Assembly (NCBI GenBank): GCA_964579445.1 | Contig: CAZOGM010000004.1 | Span: 15,079-79,078, forward strand | From: an uncultured Acinetobacter sp. | GTDB lineage: Bacteria; Pseudomonadota; Gammaproteobacteria; Pseudomonadales; Moraxellaceae | Reading direction: 5' to 3' | DNA: 64,000 nt | In this document: positions 1 through 8,500 of the stretch, one piece after another | Layout of the letters: each line of letters starts with the position of its first letter | How positions within the stretch are numbered: position 1 is the stretch's first letter | Position numbers and translations under genes: made by a program | Notes under the pieces: generated by a model | What the model was told of the DNA's origin: nothing | What the model saw: only the letters and a program-made list of their open reading frames with translations | Databases searched by the model: none

Positions 1-1043
1 CCACGAGTGAACAATGCTGAACCGTGTGCACGGCCCAATACGCCCACTTGAACATCAATACCACGAACAGTTTTCGTGTCACGGCCATCAATACGTGGTT
101 TACCAGACAAAATGTTGTCACGTACTGTACGGTATTTTAAATCTTCAAATAATTCGTCAACTTCAGCAGCAATACCTGTTTCGTCATTTTCTGGAACGAA
201 CTGAGCCACAGCTTCAGCATGAAGTGCATCAAGTGCTGTATAACGATCTTGTTTCACAGCAATTGTATATGCTTCAGAGATTTTCGCTTCGAATGCTTCT
301 TTTAATTTGCCAAGAAGTTCTTCGTTTTTGCTTGGAGCAACCCAAGTTGATGCAACTGCACCTGCAGCTGCCGCAAATTCTTTGATCGCTTGGATCACGA
401 TTTGCATTTCGTCATGACCGAAAAGTACAGCGCCCAGCATTTGGTCTTCTGAAAGCTCTTTCGCTTCAGATTCAACCATGAGTACCGCAGCTTCAGTACC
501 TGCAACAACCAAATCAAGATCAGATTCTTTTAACTGTTCGTGGTTCGGGTTCAAAATATATTCGCCGTTGATCAGACCCACGCGTGCGCCTGCGATTGGG
601 CCTGCAAATGGAACACCTGCAATTGACATTGCAGCTGAGGTACCAATCATTGCAGCAATATCAGCATCCATGGTTTTGTCAGAAGAAACAACAGTCGCTG
701 TGACTTGAATTTCGTTATAGAAACCTTCTGGGAATAATGGACGAATTGGACGGTCAATTAAACGTGAAATTAAAGTTTCAGACTCAGATTGACGACCTTC
801 ACGCTTACCATAACCACCTGGGATACGACCAGCAGCATATTGTTTTTCTTGATAGTTTACAGTTAACGGGAAGAAGTCTTGACCCGCTTTTGCTTTTGGC
901 TGTGCAACGATTGCAACAAGAACAGTAACACCACCCATCGTGATGACAACCGTGTTTGCTTGACGCGCAACACGACCTGTTTCTAATACAACAGTATGTT
1001 GACCATATTGGAATTCTTTACGAATAATATTAAACATTGACAT
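1..1043 (-). CDS. pnp: Polyribonucleotide nucleotidyltransferase (PNPase), 5' part; continues beyond window start
   Basis: Not in the ORF track because it is truncated. Manual translation of the minus strand from ATG at 1043 gives [29 protein letters not shown]...[12 protein letters not shown]...GRIPGG...[13 protein letters not shown]...RIDGR, the PNPase RNase-PH domain signatures. It lies downstream of rpsO as usual. Confidence 0.97.
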   Translation of the reverse strand, partial: MSMFNIIRKEFQYGQHTVVLETGRVARQANTVVITMGGVTVLVAIVAQPKAKAGQDFFPLTVNYQEKQYAAGRIPGGYGKREGRQSESETLISRLIDRPIRPLFPEGFYNEIQVTATVVSSDKTMDADIAAMIGTSAAMSIAGVPFAGPIAGARVGLINGEYILNPNHEQLKESDLDLVVAGTEAAVLMVESEAKELSEDQMLGAVLFGHDEMQIVIQAIKEFAAAAGAVASTWVAPSKNEELLGKLKEAFEAKISEAYTIAVKQDRYTALDALHAEAVAQFVPENDETGIAAEVDELFEDLKYRTVRDNILSGKPRIDGRDTKTVRGIDVQVGVLGRAHGSALFTR

Positions 1044-1072
1044 GTTTTATTTTCCTAGTTCTTTTGAACAGT

Positions 1073-1157
1073 TATTCTAGTGGAGACCCCTAAGGTTTGG
1101 CATTCACAACATGGGTTTTAAATGACAAAGCTTAGAAGCCGACCTCACCAGACAATG
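1073..1157 (-). promoter_or_regulatory. Long imperfect stem-loop in pnp 5' leader (candidate RNase III processing site)
   Basis: Arms 1091-1104 (TAAGGTTTGGCATT) and 1121-1134 (AATGACAAAGCTTA) pair at 12 of 14 positions. An outer stem pairs TCTGGTGAG with CTCCACTAGA on the transcript. The position matches the RNase III-cleaved pnp leader known in E. coli. Confidence 0.55.
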
Positions 1158-1197
1158 AACCTACTCTTAAATGAGTAAAATACGAATTTGAGACACA

Positions 1198-1222
1198 AAG
1201 AAGGAGCGAAACATCGCCCCTT
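1198..1222 (-). terminator. Intrinsic terminator after rpsO
   Basis: Minus strand reads GAAGGGGCGA-TGTT-TCGCTCCTTC followed by TTTGT, about 90 nt after the rpsO stop. Confidence 0.7.
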
Positions 1223-1312
1223 CTCCTTTATCTAGACAAATCTAGACAGACTTTAGCTTTCAGTAATACAGCACTTAACATGCAATAATCCGAAAATAAA
1301 AGTTTAATCGAA

Positions 1313-1582
1313 TTAACGACGTAAACCTAAATCAGCAATCAATGCAGCGTAACGAGTAGCATCTTTACCTTTAAGGTAATCAAGAAGCTTACGACGTTGG
1401 TTAACCATACGGATTAGACCGCGACGGCTATGATGGTCGTGCTTGTGTGCTTTAAAGTGACTTTGCAAATCATTGATTTGTGCAGTCAAAAGAGCTACTT
1501 GTACTTCTGGTGAACCAGTGTCATTTTCTGCGCGAGCAAATTTAGCGATGATCTCTGCGCGGTCTGCATTTGTTAAAGCCAT
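1313..1582 (-). CDS. rpsO: 30S ribosomal protein S15
   Basis: 89 aa; [14 protein letters not shown] and [11 protein letters not shown] motifs, ending LGLRR. Confidence 0.99.
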   Translation of the reverse strand: MALTNADRAEIIAKFARAENDTGSPEVQVALLTAQINDLQSHFKAHKHDHHSRRGLIRMVNQRRKLLDYLKGKDATRYAALIADLGLRR

Positions 1583-1676
1583 TCGATTTCTCCGAGATGC
1601 TTATAAGATAAGTGTTTGATACAAATCAACTTCGTTCTTCAAAACCAAGCTGACTGCCGTGCATCACTACAGCAGT
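1580..1676 (-). promoter_or_regulatory. rpsO 5' leader with hairpin and possible pseudoknot (candidate S15 autoregulatory element)
   Basis: Hairpin ACTGCTGT-agtgatgc-ACGGCAGT at 1653-1676. Its loop GAUGC is complementary to GCAUC (1596-1600), directly 5' of the SD GGAG. Confidence 0.5.
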
Positions 1677-1681
1677 GGACT

Positions 1682-1710
1682 ATTTTAAAGGAACGACCCT
1701 CAAATTGCAA
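1682..1710 (-). promoter_or_regulatory. sigma70 promoter of rpsO-pnp
   Basis: Minus strand reads TTGCAA (1710-1705), N17, TAAAAT (1687-1682). Confidence 0.65.
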
Positions 1711-1834
1711 AGTTATCCCGCTTTAATTACGCTTGCATATTTAACTCAAATTTTAGGGCACATCAGACACTGACTTTAAACCGAGATCGTTGCACACTGG
1801 ATTTTAATAACAACAGATAAGAAATGGATGCCGC

Positions 1835-3148
1835 GTGAAATTATTTTCAACCAATACCCATCACGTCCCTGCTGACTTAAGCAGCATTATGGCCGCACAG
1901 CATGAAGTTGCACCTGAGCTAGGCGGTATGACCCAAACACAAATAGATAAAATTTGGCAGAGTGTCGAAAGCTTATACAGGACTGGAAATCATCCCATGA
2001 TCAGTATGTGTATACGGCGTCATGGTCAAATCGTGCTGAATCGAAGTTTGGGATATAGCCGAGTCGCTGCTCAGCATAACAAAAATCAGAAAATTCAAGA
2101 TCAGCCACATGTGATTGCGACACCTGATACGCCAGTTTGTTTATTTTCCGCATCAAAAATCGTGAATGCCATGTTGGTTCATTTGCTCAATGAACAAGGT
2201 AAAATCAACTTACTTGATCCTGTCAGTCACTATATTCCTGAATTTGCCACAAATGGCAAAAGTCGTGCCACGATCTTTCATTTATTGTCACATCGGGGTG
2301 GCATTCCAAAAATTGAAACTGAAGTCACGCCTGAGCTGTTATTCGATCGTGAACAAATTTTACAGCATCTTTATGCAGCAAAACCAATCAGTCGTGCAGG
2401 CTCACAACTGTCTTATCATGCGGTCACGGCAGGTTATATCTTAGGTGAATTGGTTGAACGTGTGACAGGGCAAGATATGCGTGTTTTTTTGCATGAGCAT
2501 ATTGAAAAACCTATGGGCATGCCCTTTTTTAATTATGGCTTAAAAGCTGAATTGCGTGATCAAGTAGCATTAAACTATCCAACAGGAATGCATCCTAAAC
2601 TGGGTACAGATCTTTATTTAAATCGAGTTTTGGGTGGTGGCTTACAATTGGCCGTGGATGTCACCAATGACTCCAGGTTTATGGATACTGTCTGCCCTGC
2701 TGGCAATATCTATACCTCTGCAGAACAAGCCAATCGTTTTTTTGAAATGCTGCTCAATGGTGGTAGCTATCAAGGTAAAAAGATTTTAAGCCCAGAAACA
2801 GTGTTCCGCGCAACGCTTCCAACCTCCAATGTCACCATTGACCGCAATCTCCTTGCGCCAATGCGTTATGCACTCGGTCCAATGTTAGGAAGCAATCCCG
2901 TTGGAATTTTTGGACCCAATACAGGTCAAGCTTTTGGTCATTTGGGTTTTTCCAATATTTTGTGCTGGGCTGACCCGGAGCGAGATATCAGTATATCGTT
3001 TTTAAACACTGGAAAATCTGTAGTGGGTACGCACTTGCCTGCGCTTGCCCATGTGCTGTATCAAATATCAAAGCAATGTCCAAAAATTTCGAAAGAAAAC
3101 AGACGCTCTCTTTTTGGTTCAGATCAGATGGAATCCAATATTGTTTAG
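1835..3148 (+). CDS. Serine hydrolase, beta-lactamase/family VIII esterase superfamily (cytoplasmic, mycobacterial LipL/LipD-like)
   Basis: SxxK motif (FSASK), LLSHRGG, YHAVT in place of YxN, FGHLGF; no signal peptide. Confidence 0.85.
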   Translation: MKLFSTNTHHVPADLSSIMAAQHEVAPELGGMTQTQIDKIWQSVESLYRTGNHPMISMCIRRHGQIVLNRSLGYSRVAAQHNKNQKIQDQPHVIATPDTPVCLFSASKIVNAMLVHLLNEQGKINLLDPVSHYIPEFATNGKSRATIFHLLSHRGGIPKIETEVTPELLFDREQILQHLYAAKPISRAGSQLSYHAVTAGYILGELVERVTGQDMRVFLHEHIEKPMGMPFFNYGLKAELRDQVALNYPTGMHPKLGTDLYLNRVLGGGLQLAVDVTNDSRFMDTVCPAGNIYTSAEQANRFFEMLLNGGSYQGKKILSPETVFRATLPTSNVTIDRNLLAPMRYALGPMLGSNPVGIFGPNTGQAFGHLGFSNILCWADPERDISISFLNTGKSVVGTHLPALAHVLYQISKQCPKISKENRRSLFGSDQMESNIV

Positions 3149-3230
3149 ATGAGGATTGTCTACATCAAAGTGAGTCAATTAGTGAATTAATTTTATTTGA
3201 GCTTCATCTATATAAAATTAAGCTTTAAAA

Positions 3231-3385
3231 TAAGAAAAGCCCCTAAGTAAACTTAGGGGCTTTTCTGCGCTGTAGATTCTTATATTTTAATTATGATTAT
3301 ATTATTTATATTTTTATTCTAAGTGATTCTTTCACTTTTATTGTGTAGACGTTCCATGTTCTCAAGAGTTTCCATTCCTTATGAG
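3231..3385 (-). ncRNA. Candidate sRNA 1 (Csr/Rsm- and/or Hfq/Crc-titrating type)
   Basis: It has its own promoter (TTGCGC-N16-CATAAT with extended TG) and an upstream GacA-type box. The transcript starts AUAAGGAAUGGAAAC...ACAUGGAAC (3 GGA motifs), then runs through a ~65-nt A-rich tract to the terminator at 3233-3266. No ORF is present. Confidence 0.6.
3233..3266. terminator. Bidirectional intrinsic terminator
   Basis: Perfect 16-bp inverted repeat AGAAAAGCCCCTAAGT-AA-ACTTAGGGGCTTTTCT, usable by the hydrolase (+) and the candidate sRNA (-). Confidence 0.9.
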
Positions 3386-3389
3386 ATCT

Positions 3390-3417
3390 ATTATGACAGA
3401 ATAAAAATGATGCGCAA
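3390..3417 (-). promoter_or_regulatory. sigma70 promoter of candidate sRNA 1
   Basis: Minus strand reads TTGCGC (3417-3412), N16, CATAAT (3395-3390), preceded by TG (TGTCATAAT). Confidence 0.6.
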
Positions 3418-3438
3418 GTCACACTTTTCGTATCTTTG

Positions 3439-3456
3439 TGTAAGTAAATTCGTACA
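3439..3456. promoter_or_regulatory. GacA/UvrY-type upstream activating box
   Basis: TGTAAG-TAAATT-CGTACA, one mismatch to the TGTAAG-N6-CTTACA consensus, centred about 65 bp upstream of the predicted sRNA 1 start. Confidence 0.6.
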
Positions 3457-3494
3457 GCATGTAATCAATGTATTAATTTGATTATTTTTTAGTC

Positions 3495-3640
3495 ATAAAA
3501 AAGCCCTGTAGTCTCTCCCAAAACTACAAGGCTTAGCGGCTGTAAGTTTCCTCTTTTATCTCTTACATCTTGTAAGGTCGCAGTCTCACGACTTTAAGTT
3601 ATTATTATTGTGCGATTTTATTCAACTTTCCATGTTGAAC
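3495..3640 (-). ncRNA. Candidate sRNA 2 (Csr/Rsm- and/or Hfq/Crc-titrating type)
   Basis: Minus strand carries UUCAAC-AUGGAAA-GUUGAA (AUGGA in a hairpin loop), AAUAAUAAUAA, AGAGGA and a terminator (AGCCUUGUAGU...ACUACAGGGCU-UUUUU). A GacA-type box lies upstream and a possible -10 TAAAGT is at 3646-3641. The 5' end is uncertain by about 7 nt. Confidence 0.6.
3497..3533 (-). terminator. Intrinsic terminator of candidate sRNA 2
   Basis: Minus strand reads AGCCTTGTAGT-TTTGGGAGAG-ACTACAGGGCT-TTTTT. Confidence 0.75.
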
Positions 3641-3704
3641 ACTTTATGTATGCAATCATCGCAAAAAAAAACAAGAAGCTCTATGCGCTAATTTCTTGAA
3701 TCTT

Positions 3705-3722
3705 TGTACGCCATTGCTTACA
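3705..3722. promoter_or_regulatory. GacA/UvrY-type upstream activating box
   Basis: TGTACG-CCATTG-CTTACA (reverse complement TGTAAG-CAATGG-CGTACA), with the same single deviation from consensus as the box at 3439-3456. Confidence 0.6.
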
Positions 3723-3738
3723 AAATACATTAACATTT

Positions 3739-5502
3739 TTAAATGTTTGATAAAACTATCTTATTCATTTTATTGACCAAACCGCTGCATCTTGTAGTTT
3801 CTATGGTCAATGCCTGTCGTAATGCATTTGGACTAACCAGCAGGCTGACCACTGATTTTGCACGGGTTATTGCGGTATAAATCAGCTCTTGGCTTAAGAG
3901 TTTGGTTGCAGAGTCATCTAGAACCACAGCAGTATGCATAAATTCAGAACCTTGAGACTTATGAATGGTCAAGGCAAAAGCAGTTTGTATTGATTTCGGC
4001 AATCGCGTTGCAGGTATCCATTTGTCTAAACTTGGAAAATAAACTTCGAACAGATCCGTTTGAGTTCTGTGCTTAAAACACAACCCAATATCGCCATTCG
4101 AGATCCCCAACTGATAATCGTTATAGCTCATCATTACGGGACGTCCTATATACCAGTCGCCCTGTTTTACAATGCGAGGCATTAGTCTGAGGCAGGCCTT
4201 TTGCATTTCATCATTTAAACGATCTAGACCCAATTCACCATAGCGAATCGCGGTTAAAATGCGGTAACGATCAAAAGCTTCAATAACCTTCAGCACATCC
4301 TCTTGAGCATAACCATTGCTCATATACCGCTCTAGCGCATGGAAGTAATCTTGATAGCCTGAACTCAGTTTTTCATAATATTGACTTAAGGCAACTGCGC
4401 TGATTTGATCTGGGATGTATTCAAGTTGCACCACATCATTCATTCCTTGTTTTAAAGCAATAGCCTGAAGCTCACCTGCTGTCACAATTTCATGTTCAAA
4501 TGCTTGGAGTATCTGTGCAGAATCAATTTTATGGTTTTGTATAAACTGAGCGGTCTGACCAATGCGTGCCCCTTCCTTAAAACGGCGCGAGGTGATCAGA
4601 TTGATTCGATTTTCTGCCAGTGCCTTAACGTGTTGTAAGTCTGCCAATACAGAGCCGACATCGACAGATGCCAACTGATTGGCATCGCCCAATAAAATCA
4701 GTCGACAATGATCGGGTACAGCTTCAAAGAGCAACGTTGCTAAATTCAGATCGAGCATCGAGGCTTCATCAATCACGATCACATCATAAGGCAAGGGCTG
4801 TTTTAGATTAAATCTAGCTTTAAACTGCGTACCTAGCCCCAAAAGTCGATGCAAAGTGAACGTATCTTGTTGTTTTAAGCGCGCGGAGACCAAACCTAAA
4901 GCATTTAGCTTTTCATCTGCAAATGAGCTTTGCATCGCTTCTTTCATGCGCTGCGCAGCTTTACCCGTTGGGGCTGCCATCGCAATACGAATATCCGGCA
5001 TGCTTTGACTTAATACTGCAATAATTCGCGCTAAGGTATAGGTTTTACCCGTGCCTGGACCACCTGTAATAATATTTAAAGCATTTTTAGCGACCATGTT
5101 CAGGGCACTTTTTTGATGAACATCTTCAAGTAAGTGCTCGAAAGACTGGACATCTACAGTGTCAATGTTTTGCTGTGTCAGGCGCTGAATTTGAAGGGCC
5201 AGACGCTGCTCTAACGTCCAGTAGCGATACAAATAAAGATACTGATCATCAAACACAAAAGGCGCAACTGTTTGATTGCTGGCTTGCTCATCCGAAATTA
5301 TCAAATGATGCAACTGTTCAAGGCTCTGTTCAGGTTTTTCTATACAACTGTCGCCTTGCGTACTGGCAAGCAAAATTTGCTCAATTAAATTAATGGATTG
5401 TTCATTTATTTTTGTATCATTTGAAGTCTGTTTTAGAATGAATTCAGCCCAAGTCCTGACCCACTGTGGCGCTTGACTCTCACGTTGCTGTTTATTTTCC
5501 AC
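3739..5502 (-). CDS. recD: Exodeoxyribonuclease V alpha subunit RecD
   Basis: ITGGPGTGKT Walker A, AAPTGKAAQR, TLHRLLG, IDEASM, LGDANQL, FALTIHKSQGSEF and YTAITRA; downstream of recB. Confidence 0.96.
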   Translation of the reverse strand: MENKQQRESQAPQWVRTWAEFILKQTSNDTKINEQSINLIEQILLASTQGDSCIEKPEQSLEQLHHLIISDEQASNQTVAPFVFDDQYLYLYRYWTLEQRLALQIQRLTQQNIDTVDVQSFEHLLEDVHQKSALNMVAKNALNIITGGPGTGKTYTLARIIAVLSQSMPDIRIAMAAPTGKAAQRMKEAMQSSFADEKLNALGLVSARLKQQDTFTLHRLLGLGTQFKARFNLKQPLPYDVIVIDEASMLDLNLATLLFEAVPDHCRLILLGDANQLASVDVGSVLADLQHVKALAENRINLITSRRFKEGARIGQTAQFIQNHKIDSAQILQAFEHEIVTAGELQAIALKQGMNDVVQLEYIPDQISAVALSQYYEKLSSGYQDYFHALERYMSNGYAQEDVLKVIEAFDRYRILTAIRYGELGLDRLNDEMQKACLRLMPRIVKQGDWYIGRPVMMSYNDYQLGISNGDIGLCFKHRTQTDLFEVYFPSLDKWIPATRLPKSIQTAFALTIHKSQGSEFMHTAVVLDDSATKLLSQELIYTAITRAKSVVSLLVSPNALRQALTIETTRCSGLVNKMNKIVLSNI

Positions 5503-5551
5503 ACAGTTATCCTCAAAGTTATCAACAGAGTTCTAAACACTGTTATCCACA
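5495..5551 (+). repeat. Array of five head-to-tail DnaA-box-like 9-mers with a 12-bp period
   Basis: TTTTCCACA (5495), TTATCCTCA (5507), TTATCAACA (5519), TTCTAAACA (5531, degenerate) and TTATCCACA (5543, perfect); GATC at 5558 and an AT-rich stretch adjacent. Confidence 0.7.
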
Positions 5552-5589
5552 GCGCAAGATCATGTTTAATATTTAATTACCACAATATT

Positions 5590-8500
5590 TCACGCTGTTT
5601 TGATGTTTTTATCATCAGTGAAATGACCCAAAATTGCATCAAGTCTCAAAATGAATTCATTTTCAGGTTTCCAGTACACATAACCTTGTTCGGCTTGCCC
5701 ATTCATACCGCGTAAATACAAATAGGTTGCACCACCCAAATCTCGTTCTATTTGATAATCTTCCAACTGAATTTTCAAATAACGATGCAGTGCCACCAAA
5801 TATAAACCTGCCTGCAACCAATAACTGGCATGGCTCATGCTGTCTTGGATGGCACTGGCTTGATAACTTGCCTGACTTAAACCTAAAAAATTACTTTTAT
5901 AATCTGCAATATGGTATCGCTGACCATCGAAGAACACCAAGTCGATCTCACCCTTAAGATAACGTGCTGAATGGGCATCGTTAAAATCAGGCATCAGGAT
6001 GCCATACTCTTGAAATAATTGGTGAATACGAGGAATGGCTAAGATGCGATCTGAGAGTGCCAAATAAAATGGAAACTCAGCCAAATGCTGATCTGGATGT
6101 AATTGATTGAGCTTAAACTGATTTAAAATTGGCGTTTTTAAAATGTCGTCCAACCAAGACACCATCAAGTCAATTAATAACGCATCAGGTTCAGATTCGT
6201 GCGGAAATGCTTTGGCGACTTTTTCCTGTAGCTCGCGCCATAAAATCACATAATCATTTTTAAAACGGCGTTTAAGCTCCAGTGACCAATGCGCTGAATC
6301 TTTAAAATCGATATGTTCAAAAATCTCATGCAAAAAATTACCTGCCAGCGTTCCCATCGGAAAATTGGCTTTGATCCATGCAATCGGCGCATGATTCAAT
6401 TCTTGACTCAGCTCCTGAGCTACTTCCACATCAATTACAGGCTGATGCAGCTCATCCTCGGCACTGCTTTGTTCAGCATCCATCACGGCCAAAGCATCTT
6501 GGATTTGTTTTCGGGTCAAATGCTGAGCCAAATAACTAAAACTGGTTTTCGCGCGTGGATAAAATCGTTGCGATGGGAAAACAGCTGCATGTAATTCAGC
6601 TTTCTCCGCTGTGGTATGCCCTTTTAATTTGGATGGTTTTTCGGTAATTAAAGGCTGAATCAGACTATACGGATGTGTAAATGCGTCTGCCCCCTGTCCT
6701 CGCCAAAAAGCCAGTCCCGTCGTTGATGTGCCCTTAGTATCGCTGAGCATGGCATACACACGGTGACTTGCCCGTGTCAATGCCACGTACCATAAGCGTC
6801 GATGTTCCGCTAAGTTGCGCTCTTCATGCTGTGCAATCGCTGTTTCATCGAGATTATTTTTATCATGAATGGCGACCACTCGATGCTCTTCCACTTTGCC
6901 CGTCTGTGGATGAATACGCGCTGCTTTAGAAAAATTCAGGGTTTTATTGATTTCGTTGACAGACTTATCTGCACCCAATAAAAACACAATTTTAAACTCT
7001 AAACCTTTAGATTGGTGAATGGTCATCAGCTGAACACCTGCATCATTGGATAGCTTCCGCTCCATTTCCCATTCACGTTGCATGGGTGCAGTGAGCTGTT
7101 TTAAATACCAATAATATAGATTCTGCGCACCTTGATAGCTTTCACTATGCTGACTTAGTGTTTCGGTTAAATGACGTAAATTTACCACTGCGCGCTCATT
7201 GTCACGGCTTTGTTTTTCAACCAACATTGTCCACACCTGAAATTGATTCAGACACAGTTGCCATGCGGTGAGAAAGCCTTGATTCAGCCATACTTCACGA
7301 ATTTGATCAAATTTTTCTATGTAGTGACTTAAGCCATCGGGCTGCATCTCCAGTTGAATCAGCTTTTGTAAATTAAAACCCAAGAGCCGACTGAGCAGCG
7401 CACGTTTAATTTTGGCTTCATCAAAAGGATGCATAATTGCGGTAAGTATTGCACCTACATCACGCGCCACTTGGCTTTCAAAAACACTTTTCTTGGAAGG
7501 TCGATTGAACGCTATCCCCAAATACTCAAGTGCAGATTGGACTTTGTCTAAGCCATCATGATTTTTAGACAACACCGCAATATCACTTTCATCTAAGCCA
7601 CGCGCAGGACTACCTGCAATACTTAACTCGCCTTGAATAGACTGATTTAACAGTTGGCGAATATTCCAAGCGACTTGTTCGGCTTCAGTCTCTTTATCTT
7701 CAAGTTGAATCCAGCGCAGTGGAGACGGATTAAGCTCTTGCTGATCAATCAATGCTGGATGGGGACGACTGCCCGCTTGGACTGGGGTGTAACTGACGTG
7801 CTCGCCAAAATCAATTTGACGTTGAAATAATGCATCGACCACTTCAACCAAGGGCTGAACCGAGCGATGGTTATGAACCAGATGATAAGCATGACCGTCT
7901 TTGCCAAACACATCCTGATGTGCTTTTAAGAAAGTCAGCATATCGCCACCACGAAAACCGTAAATTGCTTGTTTACGATCTCCAACCATGATCATACAGC
8001 CTTGATCAACCCGCTTTGAATGACGCCAAATCTGCGCCAGCATGTCGTCCTGATCCTGATTGGTGTCTTGAAATTCATCCACCAAAATTAAGGGATATCT
8101 TGCATGGACGTAACTGGCAAAGCGTTGCCCTTGCTCTCCTTGCAAAGACTCAGCAAGAGTACGAATTTGCTGTGCAAAGGTGGTTTCACCTTTTTGCTGT
8201 AACACTTGCGGTAAACGTTTTTTCACTTCACTGGCAAGATGGTATTTTAAATAGCTGTCTAGCTGATCCAAATCGAGATTCAGCTTGGCAAGCACTTCAA
8301 TAAAATGCTTTAGCGCCTTGATGACCGTATGCTGTTGAAAGTTGTTCAGTACATCTTCAGGGCATTTGTTTAAAGGCTTCTTGGTGGTGAGTTCAGTGAT
8401 TAGTTTTAACGTGTTGGCATATTGCGCAGCAAACAGCGCATACGCACCTTGTTGTTTTAAGGCTTCAAAGAAATCGGGCAGCTCTTGCAGAAAAAAATGC

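Noticed and set aside
14-928. Plus-strand ORFs of 63-123 aa over pnp, and the many similar 60-170 aa ORFs antisense to or out of frame within recBCD, gltB, pil and dcw genes (e.g. 34484-34999)
   Set aside because: Shadow ORFs of highly expressed genes: no RBS, no recognisable motifs, fully overlapped by well-supported CDSs.
1835-3148. Possible class C beta-lactamase / resistance gene
   Set aside because: No signal peptide, YxN replaced by YHA and KTG replaced by HLG. This fits a cytoplasmic family VIII esterase-type hydrolase.
3663-3671. A9 homopolymer in the sRNA 2 promoter as a phase-variation switch
   Set aside because: Short tract in AT-rich DNA, and the -35 assignment is uncertain. There is no evidence of length variation from a single sequence.
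5495-5589. DnaA-box array as the chromosomal origin oriC
   Set aside because: Only an 87-bp gap inside the recCBD operon, with no dnaA/dnaN/rpmH/gidA context and no clear DUE repeats. Kept as a non-origin DnaA locus candidate instead.
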